Positions 53,177-64,000 of a stretch of DNA of 64,000 nucleotides are shown here, in pieces. Every line of letters starts with the position of its first letter. The first letter of the stretch is position 1. The stretch comes from Paragordius varius (lineage: Eukaryota; Animalia; Nematomorpha), in assembly GCA_964247055.1 (NCBI GenBank), contig OZ176058.1, forward strand, positions 1 through 64,000. The letters are read 5' to 3'. Under the pieces are notes generated by a model. It worked only from the letters and a program-made list of their open reading frames with translations. It searched no databases and was not told the DNA's origin. Position numbers and translations under genes: made by a program.

Positions 53177-53563
53177 CCATTTACAGTTCAAATTCACCCT
53201 TGAACAATTCAAATTCACCCTTGAGCAATTCAAATTCACCCTTGAACAATTCAAATTCACCCTTGAGCAATTCAAATTCACCCCCTTGAACAATTCATAT
53301 TCACCCTAAAAATAAATTATGTGTTTTCGAACTAATATAACTCATTATTAATATGAAATATATGTTTTATGGTATAGTTTATTATTTTATATCATTTTAA
53401 TTTAAAACAAAACTTTTATTTTTGAAAAATATAAAATTTAGGTAATTTTTAATCTTAAAAAACATATATTTTATTTGAGGGTGAATTAAATTGTTCAAGG
53501 GTGAAATTGAATTGCTTAAGGGGGTAATTGAATTGTTTAAGGGTCATATTGAATTGTAAATGG
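53177..53563. mobile_element. MITE family 3, long copy with amplified 21-bp subterminal tandem repeats
   Basis: TA|CCATTTACA ... TGTAAATGG|TA; about six TTGA(A/G)CAATTCAAATTCACCC units in the left arm and 3-4 inverted units in the right arm. Confidence 0.85.
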
Positions 53564-55391
53564 TATATCACCAAATATCAAAATTTTTCTGATAAAATAT
53601 GAATCTTCCAAAGATTTACAATTACACCATAAAATCCATGCCTGCTGCGTATGCGATTAAAACTCCAAAAATAGCGGCGAAAAAGTTAAATTTTTAATTT
53701 TATATTTCTAAATTTATTTAAGCATAATTTTTATTTGGTTTACATACCTTTTAAGATAAGAGGTAATATAAAATAGCATAAAAGGTTAATGAAGTGTTAA
53801 ATAAAATTATAAAATAAAAGTTTAGTAAAAAATAATGGTTGCTATATTTTTCTATCGATGTATTTAATGAATAATTATATTGTGTAACTTGGGTGTCTAT
53901 ATATTGTATTTTTTTAAACGTTTGATACCATTTACAATTTTAATTCACCCTCGAACAATTCAATTTCACCCTTAAACAATTTAAATACACCCTCGAACAA
54001 TTCAAATTCACCCTTATACAATTTAAATACACCCTCGAATAATTCAAATTCACCCTCGAACAATTATTCTAGGTCACCCTAAAAATAAATTGTGTTTTCT
54101 TACATACGGAAAGTTTAAATAATTTATATGGATTCCTTAGAGTTCCCCAAACGTTGCTTCAAGGATTTCGTTATATGGTATACCTCCCACACAGCGACTA
54201 ATCCAAATAAGGCTTGCATAAATTTTTTCTATAAAACGCAAACTCGTATAGTCTCATAATTTATGGTAAAATTAAGATTTTAATGTCACGTTATTAGTTT
54301 TATATACACGGCGTATTTTACAGTAGATGGAGGATTGCCAGCGGTTTATTGAAAGTGACGGAAAATACCAAAAACCATGATTTAATCGCTACCATTTTAT
54401 AAATTACCCGAAAATTAGTTATTAAACTTAAAGAGTGTCGGAATTAATAGTAAGTTAAACAAAGCGCTTGACTAAAATATCTTTATATACTCAAAATAGT
54501 TAAAATCTTTGATGATTCCATCTTTTTTGTGTCTGTTTTTACAAATATTTTCTTTTGAGACACGTTATTTTTACATAGTAGTCTATTTAAAAAATGTGGG
54601 ACTATTCCTTATACTGGATGTAGGCAAAACCCTATTAAATTTAGTAACAAAACATCAATCTCTGAATTTTGCTTTAAATGCAGCCGACCCGCTAAAAATT
54701 TTGAAATTTATAATTTGCAGAAAAAGCTTACAAAATCTTACTTAAAATTAATATTTCTACCATATTTTTCTAAATTAATCTAATCAAAATGACAGAAACT
54801 AGAAAAATTGCTATATTGTGCTTGCATTTTACAGTTCATGTTTGTAATCTAATAATTTGTTTATAAATACCCATATAGATTTTTTAAGTCATAAGAGTTT
54901 AATTAGCTATAAATGCCTTCATGGCGTGACTGTAACCGCATTTAATAATAATCAATAAGTAATTTTCTAACATAAGTACATCATGAAGAATAAATTTAAA
55001 AAATTGTAAATGAAATTAAATGTAAAAATACCAAATTCGCATTGTTTAAAATTATTAAGGATACATGGTAACTTATGTAAACGGTTAAACTAATGTTGGG
55101 TTGATTGGGAACAAATATTTTAGAATAAAATTGCATTCATAATAAGCAATCAAACCTGTAATCAATTTTTGATTCGTTAAATAGCAAATACTCATTGTCC
55201 GAATACAAAGTAGAGTTTTAGAAATCAAACCCAACACCCATTTTTAAAGACATAACACGCTTTGAAACACAACAGATGGCGGAATTCTTTAATCGGATTT
55301 TAACTCATAAGCCTTTTAAAAGAGCCGGCTAAGTTTTCCAACACACACAGTGTAATAATGTAGAAACAATGAAAATGGGTACTTAGGCATA

Positions 55392-56630
55392 CAGTAAAAA
55401 TTGAAATTATAAGGACAAAACATAAAAATATAAAGACAACCATACCTTTTTAAACTCCATTATTCAAAATATAACTCATTGTTCAAATGCAAATTATAAA
55501 ATTGATATGTAAAATAAATGCACAATCAATTATGTAGTTTACGATTGTAATTAAATATTTTGTATAACAAAAATTAAGGTTATAACAAGTATGATTGTCT
55601 TTTGAAAAAAAATATTGTCTTTATAGTTTTACGTTTTATCCGTATAATTTCAGTTTTTACTCTATTGCTGGTGTGGTCGAGAACGTTACGTTTAAAGATT
55701 TTTTGATAATAATTAAAATTATACCTAAATTTTCTCATGATTTAGTAAAAATTCGCTTACAACTTACATGGGCACAAGCCTTAAACCTTTCGAGATTTCG
55801 ATTTCCAAAAAAGATATTGCCAAGGATTTTGAATTTGAAAGTCTAAAACAATAGAGTTGTTACATTGGATGATAGAGGAAAATAACGAAATACAGTAAAA
55901 ACTGAAATTATGCTATGGACAAAACGTAAAAATATAAAGACAAATATTTTTTTCACATACTTTTTATAACCTTAATTTTTGCCATATTAAATATTTAATT
56001 AAAATCGTAAAATACATAATTTTTTGTGCTATGAATTTACATTTTCATATTAAATTATGCAGTTCAAAACAATGAGTTATATTTAAAAAAATTAAGGTTA
56101 AAAAGTATGGTTGTCTTTTTAAAAAAACATTATGTCCGTATAATTTCAATCTTTACTGCAAATTAACTTATGGTTAACCATAAACTAGATGTCTACAGAC
56201 CCATCAAATTAAGACCATTTTTTAAGGAATTCACTCATAATCAGTTGCAATATAAGTAAAAGAGCTATAATTGTAAACGATATAGGCTTAAAATGGGAGG
56301 ATATGTAGTTGACTGGACCTAAGCTTATATTATGTTAATGAGACCGTAAAAATGATAAATACAGTAAAAACTGAAATTATACGGAAGGAAACGTAAAAAT
56401 AAAAAGACAAATATTTTTTTCAAAAGACAAAACCAAACTTTTTATAACCTTAATTTTTGCTCTATATAATATTTAATTACAATCGTAAACTACATAATAT
56501 ATTGAGGTATTAATTTACATATCTATTTTATATTCCGGTTTAAACAATCAGTTATATTTTAAAAAATTAAGATTTAAAAAATATGGTTGTCTTTTAGAAA
56601 AAAATATTTGTCTTTTTTACATTTGGTCCA
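55392..56630. mobile_element. Three family-1 MITEs (55392-55663, 55893-56158, ~56361-56630)
   Basis: TA|CAGTAAAAA starts with the family TIR and inverted ends. Confidence 0.75.
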
Positions 56631-57831
56631 TGTGAACTGTATGTGTTAAAAACACGCTGACCAGTTAATATATATTAAAAGCTTTATTTATATTTTCACT
56701 AAGAAACCCCCCCTCAATGACACCCCATATTTTTAAGCTATTTATTTATATTCATAAAAGTCCAGAAAAATTAATAATTTAAAAGTTTTTAAAATTAAGG
56801 AAACATTGAAAGATTCATATTGTTGAAGAATAAAAGCAGTAAGACGTGTTTTAGATCTCTTAGAAAAGTAAATTGAAACATTTTTTAATAAACATCAATT
56901 TTTAAATTTTGACGGTTCTCTATTGATTTAAATTATACAAAATATCAATACATTTTTTTACAAAAAAAACTTTCACAACCTTGAAATATGGTAAATAGAA
57001 AAACAACTATATTTATTGTCAATACAAATTCTGTATGTTAAAAATAAAAATCTCACAATTTACATGTTTTATAAAAGAAATATTTTCTCCACAAAAATCT
57101 TACTCTGTTTGTTTTGAGATTAAAGAAAATTAACTGAACCTATATTATTATATGTAATAAAAATAATTTTACCCATTAATCTCTGTGTTTTTTATATTTA
57201 AAAATATTCAAGGTTCAATAAAAATTAAAAGATGTTTTATGCCTAATACTTTTTCTTTTATTTAAAATCGATAACTATCGATATAATTAATATATATTTG
57301 TAAATATTTAAATTTATAATATATAAAACTTTTTGTGTTTAATATTTTTATAATTTTTATGAAATTCTACAAGCTAAATATAAATTTTATTAAAATCAAA
57401 CCAAATATACGTTTTTAAATATAATAAAATTGTCCAACAGAAAAATTTAAAAATTTATATATAACTAAAATAAAATTAAATTAAGATATAAATAATTATT
57501 TGAACGAAAAACTGTTGAAAAGACTTTTTGAAAGTTCAATGTCATAATAAAAAACATTAAATAATTTATTTTTTATATTTTCAAGCAAAAAAAAGATGAC
57601 ATCTGTCGCCATAAACCGAAAAAACATGCATTAATAAATAATTAGCTTTAAAAACAAATTACGCATTTCTTGTAAAAACAAAATAAAAGATTTAATATTA
57701 TTTTCTATTTTTTTGAAATATTTTTACTATAAAATCTTTGAGGGAAGCCAAAAAATATTTGTTTAAGCATAAATTAATTTAATAATTCAATAAATTTAAG
57801 ATTTATTTTAGTATTATAATAAAAATTAATA

Positions 57832-58022
57832 CAGTATGCATTTTAATGCTTACTTATTTCAGACTTTAGTTGGGGGCCATTTGAAACACAGGACATTAGT
57901 GTATGGGAAAAAACAACAAAATGTTTAAAAAACAATTTTTTCCTTTATTTTTTCCATACATTACTATCCTGTGTTGCGAATTGCCATACTATAGTGTTAA
58001 TTAAAAAACAACCATTAAACTG
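57832..58022. mobile_element. Fold-back MITE, family 2
   Basis: TA|CAGTATGCATTTTAATG start, inverted arms around tagtgtatgggaaaaaa / ttttttccatacatta; homologous to 9452-9612. Confidence 0.6.
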
Positions 58023-58790
58023 TTCAAAGAGAATTTTAAAATTTTAACTAGATATATTTTTACAAGGCAAACGAATATTTTAAAAATTGATTTTAAAAAT
58101 ACAAAATCGTGGTTTTGGTTTGTTAATCTCAATAAAATATAAGTATTTCATCTGGTAGAGGTTTGAAAAGGTATAATCTAAAATTTACTTTAATACTGTA
58201 ATATTCAGAAAAAATTTAAAAATTTTAACTAGATATATTTTTAAAAAGGCAAACATATATTTTAAAAATTGATTTTAGAAATAAAAAATCATAGTTTTGA
58301 GTTGATAATATTAATACAAAGTATATCTGGAAAAGGTAAGACATAACCTAAAAATTGAAATAATTATACGGACAAAACGTAAAAATATAAAGACAGATGT
58401 TTTTTTTTCAAAAAACCGCCCTACATTTTTTTAAAAAAATAATTCATTTTTAAAGGACAAAGCAAATTGAGATCTAGATTGATGACATAATCAATATTGT
58501 ATTTTAAAATTGTAATTAAATATTTATTCAATAAAAAGTACTGTTTAAAAAAGTATTAGGTTGTCTTTTTTAAAAAAATCTTTATATTTTTATATTTTTA
58601 GGTTTTATTAATTTTTTACAATATTTATAATTTAATTATTTTCTACTGTTTTTAAAACATAATATATTTAAATTAATTGTTGGACAATTTTACACAATTA
58701 AAAACTTTTTTTATTATAATTTTAAATTTTTTTAAATAACTTTTTCATGATTTAATTTATATATAATTTTAATAGGTGAATATATAATAG

Positions 58791-58821
<31 letters not shown>

Positions 58822-59439
58822 TATTTATTATTATTAAATATAAATAATTTTTGTATTGGGATAATTTAGGAATGCAGAAACATGAAAAGAACAGATTTTT
58901 TATTCAATATCCGATTTTCTAAAAATAAAAACAAAAAACAAAACAAAAAATATTTAATAACCCAATCGATTATTTCCGTAAATCTAAAATATATATATAT
59001 ATTAATTTATAATAAATATTTTTGTTAATTAAAAATATATATTTATTTGCATATTCCTTATATTTTTATATATTTTATTCGCTCACCCAGTTTTTAAAGG
59101 ATAGGTAATTTAAATAATTTTTGAAATTTTGAGTTTAATTTAATTTAGAATTTTTATATATTTTAATGATTTTTTAAATTTTTTGAAATTTTTAGAATGT
59201 TAAGATAAAATAATTTGAATTTTAGTAATTAGAATTATACGGACAAAAGGTAAAAATATAAAGACAAATATTTTTTTTGAAAGACAAACCACACTTTTTA
59301 AAAAATCTAAATGTTTAAATATAAATCATGGTTTTATTATATAAAATTAAAATTGTAACAAAGATTTTTTAAAATATTAGCTAAGTATTTAAAATAATCA
59401 AAACATAATTATTTTATAATACAGTAAAATTACACGAAA

Positions 59440-60000
59440 TATTTTTTTTCTAAAAGACAACCCTACTTTTAAAATCCAAATTTTTAAATATAATTTATGG
59501 TTTGAAAATTATAACTAAAGAGTAATTTTTTCGAAGATATTTAAAAATTAACTATGATTGTTTTTAAAATATTTAAATGCTTAAAATGCTGTATTGAATA
59601 TATATAATAAAATCTATACGGACAAATATTTTTTTTCTAAAAGAAAACCTACTTTTAAAATCCAAATTTTTAAATATAATTTATGGTTTTAAAATTATAA
59701 CTAAAGAGTAATTTTTTCGAAGATATATTAAAATTAACTATGATTATTTCATATAAAATATTTAAAATGATCAAAATATGTTTTTTAGATACAGTAAAAA
59801 TTACGCGGACAAATATTTTTTTACTAAAAGACAACCTTTCTTTTAAGATCTAAATTTTTAAATATAATTTATGGTTTTAAAATTATAACTAAAGAGTAAT
59901 TTTTTTGAAGATATTTTAAAATTAACTGTGATTATTTTTTATATAATATTTATAATGATCAAAATATGATTTTTAGATACCGTAAAACTTATACAGCCAT
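59440..60000. repeat. ~185-bp tandem repeat (3 units) built from a family-1 MITE half
   Basis: atattttttt.ctaaaaga.aacc..cttttaa.atc.aaatttttaaatataatttatggttt.aaaattataactaaagagtaatttttt.gaagatat at about 59441, 59625 and 59815. Confidence 0.75.
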
Positions 60001-62784
60001 ATATTTTTTTCTGAAAGAAATTAATTTTTAACTCCATTTTTTAAAATATAACTAACTCATTATTGTTTCAAATTGCAATTTACAAAATTGATATGTATAT
60101 TGGTGACACAATCAATTCTATATCTAACAATTGTAATTAAATAGAATAAATTTGGTTGTGTCTTTTGTTAAAAAAATTGTCTGTATATTTTTATGTTTTG
60201 TCTCTATAATATATTTCTGAAGGAAAAATTTTGGTTTTAAATGTAATTTTTTTATATTTTAACATTTTGTTCGTATATAATTTCAAATATTTTTGAATAT
60301 TTTAAAGTTTTTATTAATAAAAAATATTTTTTAACAATATTTTATTAATGAATTATTTAAATTTTTAGTATAAATTTTAATTTAGATTTTTTAATTAATT
60401 TTCTGGATTTTAAATTTATTTTATTATCCAAGGATTATTCAAAAATTACAGTTGTTTCCGAAATAAAAAAATTTCATTTTTAAATTTTCAATTTTTTATG
60501 TTGTTTAAAACATAAATATTAAAATTTGATCTAAATTTAATATAAAAAAATAATTTATATTAAATCAAAATTAATATATATTTTAAAAGTTTATATAATT
60601 TTATATCGCAGATATTTAAAAATTCGCTAAAATTTTACTAAATTTGAACAAAAATACCAAGGTTTCTAAGCCATATGTTGATTTTTAATTTTGATTTTTG
60701 ATATTTTTATCTATAAATTTTCAATTTTTAGCTATTTTTTATGTTTTTTTTCGATATTTTCATTCTCAATGACCACAATCTACATTCTAAATATATTTTT
60801 AATAAAAAAATTATTTTTAAACTCAAATCTCAAATAAAAAATTAAATTTTTCTAAAAAAATATTTTTATATCTAAAAAACGCAGCTGTTCTCAGTAATTC
60901 TTACGCAAATGCGCACAAAAAATATATTTTTTTCAAAACAATAAGCAATGTTATTACGTAATATAGTTTACGAAAAAATAAATTTTGTAAAAAAATTATT
61001 CTAGAAGCTTTTTTTATACGAATAATTTGGCATAAATTTAAAATATTTTAGTAATATTTTGTTGATAGGTTTTAAAGAGTTTAAAATATCCAAATATAAG
61101 CAAAATAAATTTTTTCCAATTAATGTTCAATTAAAAATATATAAATTATTGAAAAATTGGAACTTTTTAAGTATAAAAAATAAAAAAATGGTTAGAAAAT
61201 TTAATTTTAACTAAAAAATAGGTATAAAAACATATAATGAAATATTCCGGTTTTAAAATTAAGGTTATTTAGTGTGTTAATTTTCAATAACCTTTTATAC
61301 TATTTAATAAAAAATATTTTTTCCTATATTAATTTTATTGATTTTTAAAAATTAAGGCTATTTTTTTCATATTTTATTCTTAACCTTTCTTCAATTAAAA
61401 TAATTTTATATTAAAAAAATAATATAAACATAAAAAATAAGTATAAAAAAGAACCAAGTTACATATAAATAGCGTTTGAATTGTATTGGCTATTCAGTTT
61501 AATCATTTTTCTTTTTTACTATTTTACTATTTTAATTTTTTTGAAAAAAATCAATTATCATATTTATAAACATATTAGAAATAAATATATTAAACTTTAT
61601 TCTGCAAACAGATTTTATTAATTCTTAAAGCAAACAATCGTTTTTAATCCCCCCTCAGTTTTTTTCATTTATAATATCAGTTTTTTGCAAATTATTTAAT
61701 CTTTTAAACAATAAAATAAAGTTGATTCGCCATACCATTCCAAAGTTTAGAGGTAAAATCTTTTTAATTTGTTTAAATAAATATTTTAAATTTGACTAAT
61801 TTTTAATGTATATGGTCGATTCTAAAAGATACAGTAACTAAAATTATACGGACAAAATATTAAATATAAAGACAATTTTTTCTAAAAGAAACTCATACTC
61901 TTCAAACCTGAATTTATCCTCATTAAATAATTTAATTACAATCATACAATACATAAATTATGTAAACAATTTACATCTTAATTTTCTACTTTATAGTTTA
62001 AACAATGGTTATATCATTATAAAAATCAAGATTTATAAAGTATGGTTGTCTTATAGATAAAAATATTGTCTGTATATTTTGATTTTTTTTCCGCATAATT
62101 TCATTCGTTAGTATTGCAAAATTAAAAGACAAATGAAATAAATAAAGTTTGAAATCTCAATATAATAATTGTTTTAAGTGTCGTCTCATTCTTTAAGAAT
62201 AAATTTTCAAAAAACTTATCTGTAATTTTCAATTTACAAGACGAAATATTATTTTTATGACACTCCCCCCTAACCACTCACATTACAAATAATTTTAAAA
62301 CTATTCTATTTAACTCAAATCTTTCAATTACTGAAATTATACGGACAAAACGTAAAAATATAAACACCAATATTTTTTTCTAAAAGGCAACCATACTTTT
62401 TAAACCTTAAATTTTCTAATATAAATTTTATAATTACAATTAAATATATAATTAATGTCACCAATATAGATATCAATTCTATAATTTGCAATTAGAAACA
62501 ATGAGTTACATTAAAAAATGAAGTTTAAAAAAGTATAGTTTTTTAAAAAAATATTTTTTATATTTTTAAGTTTTGTCCGTATAATTTTAATTTTTACTGT
62601 CATATCAATTTTTTAAACCAATCTCTATTCCATATTTGGCAATCTAAAACGATACGCATTATTAAAAAATTAGGAGCCTAAAATATAATTATTTTGAAAA
62701 AATCATTAGTTTAATTTAGAAATTTAAAAATTCATATTTTAATTTTAATCTTTTTTTTACTTTTCAGAGTACTAAAATTTGAAA

Positions 62785-63840
62785 ATGTCAGCAATTATAA
62801 AGCGAACGCTTATTTCCAAAGACGTGGGTCCTTCCTCAGGCTTAGGTCTTGATGTATGGTCTCCAGAATTCAGTCGTTTACAAGTTAGTTTTTTTTAGAA
62901 TTTTAAAAAATTTTTTAAAAACTTTTAAAAACTTTATATATTTTTTTTTGGTTTATATTTTATTTTTATTTTTACGTTTACAAAGATTACTTGTTACTTG
63001 TAGTAATCGTAAAATGACCTTATTAAATTCATTTAATTTTAGCTGAATTATAATTGCAAATTTATTAAAATAGTTTTTAATTGTTATAAATACAGTGAAA
63101 ATTGAAAAAACGGACAAAACGTAAAAATATACAGACAAATATTTTTGTCTAAAAGACAAACCATATGCATTTTAAATCTTGATTTTTTAAATATAACTAA
63201 TTGATTTAAACTGCAAAATATAATATGGAAATTTAAATTAATATCACAATAATTTATGTAGTTTACGATTGTATATAAAAAGTATGGTTATCTTTTAAAA
63301 AAAAATATTTGTCTTTATATTTTTACGTTTTGTCCGTATAACAATTTTTATTCTACTTGTCAGTTTATTTGAATGCCTAATAAAATATTTTTTATCATTT
63401 GAAAAAAATATAGTTTCATACATTGTAAAAAATTTATTCAACTTTTATCAATTTATCCAATTGCTAACTACAGTAAAAATTAAAATTTTACAGACAAAAT
63501 GTAAAAATATTAAGACAAATTTTTTTTTCAAAAGACAACCGACCATACTTTTATAAACCTTAATTTTTCTAAATATAACTCATTGTTTTAACTTATATAG
63601 AATTGATATTTAATATTGGTGAGACAATTTATTCTGTAACAATTATAACTAACTAGCTAATATGAGCAAAATTAAGGTTTTAAAAAGTATGGGGTTATCT
63701 TTTAGAAAAAAAAGTTGTCTTTTTATTTTTTACGTTTTGTCCGTATAATGTCAATTTTAACTGTATATATATTTCATAATTAGGATAAGATCCGATTATT
63801 GGAGGAAGATTTAGATGCAGAACGAGAATTGCGCGCCAGA
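62785..63840 (+). CDS. Prm: Paramyosin, 5' part (first two coding exons; the gene continues beyond the window)
   Basis: Exon 62785-62883 (MSAIIKRTLISKDVGPSSGLGLDVWSPEFSRLQ, donor GTTAGT) and exon 63784-63840 (DKIRLLEEDLDAERELRAR, acceptor TAG, donor GTAAGA). SRLQDKIRLLEEDLDAERELR matches the ecdysozoan paramyosin N-terminal signature (S/T)RLEDKIRLLQ(E/D)DLE.ERELR. Confidence 0.9.
63093..63763. mobile_element. Two family-1 MITEs in paramyosin intron 1 (~63093-63340 and 63471-63763)
   Basis: TA|CAGT starts with the family TIR; the second copy ends 20 bp before the exon-2 acceptor. Confidence 0.78.
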
Positions 63841-64000
63841 GTAAGAATTTTTATTTTATTGAAAATTTCTCTTTTTATAAATTATATCTCATCTTACAAG
63901 TTTTTTGATACAAAATAATGTTAAAAGTCAATTATAATCCCTTAAATATACATAATTTTAAATTAATGATATAACTCAGTATTCTGTTTTTAATAATATA

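Noticed and set aside
13197-63159. Most remaining 60-100 aa ORFs in the track (e.g. 13672, 23692, 30945, 31829, 49578, 51269, 53087, 55595, 62953)
   Set aside because: They overlap MITEs or tandem repeats, have the low-complexity F/I/K/L/N/Y composition expected from AT-rich DNA, and show no domain motifs; the VNLNCSR repeat at 53087 is the 21-bp MITE repeat.
1-64000. tRNA, rRNA, snRNA, hammerhead ribozyme or CRISPR array
   Set aside because: No cloverleaf/T-loop, rRNA, CTGATGA..GAAA core or repeat-spacer pattern seen by eye; tRNAscan-SE and Infernal would be needed to exclude weak cases.

Overview
Left end of a very AT-rich eukaryotic (animal) chromosome. It begins with about 3.7 kb of (CCCTAA)n telomere, followed almost at once by a decayed RTE-clade LINE remnant. 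A complete 18-exon SLC5 sodium:solute symporter gene (594 aa, + strand, 5289-16165) lies 1.6 kb from the telomere; its first four introns are only 25-39 nt. Two divergently oriented paramyosin pieces are present. One is a short minus-strand gene model with only the paramyosin C-terminal rod plus a novel tail (36336->27831). The other is the N-terminal start of a paramyosin gene on the + strand (62785 onward, running out of the window). Between 15.5-24.6 kb and 36.6-48.2 kb lies a rearranged, partly head-to-tail segmental duplication (about 7.6 kb period) that has copied the last two SLC5 exons. Several of its junctions fall inside a ~110-bp module present 7 times, which joins a telomere-like G-rich tract to the twin GNA-triloop hairpins of a Helitron 3' end; an intact non-autonomous Helitron with the same hairpins sits in SLC5 intron 7. 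The rest is dense with Tc1/mariner-type MITEs (about 30 copies of one family by eye), a piggyBac-type MITE and tandem repeats. All translations, alignments and counts were done by hand with no database searches; boundaries of repeat features are approximate.
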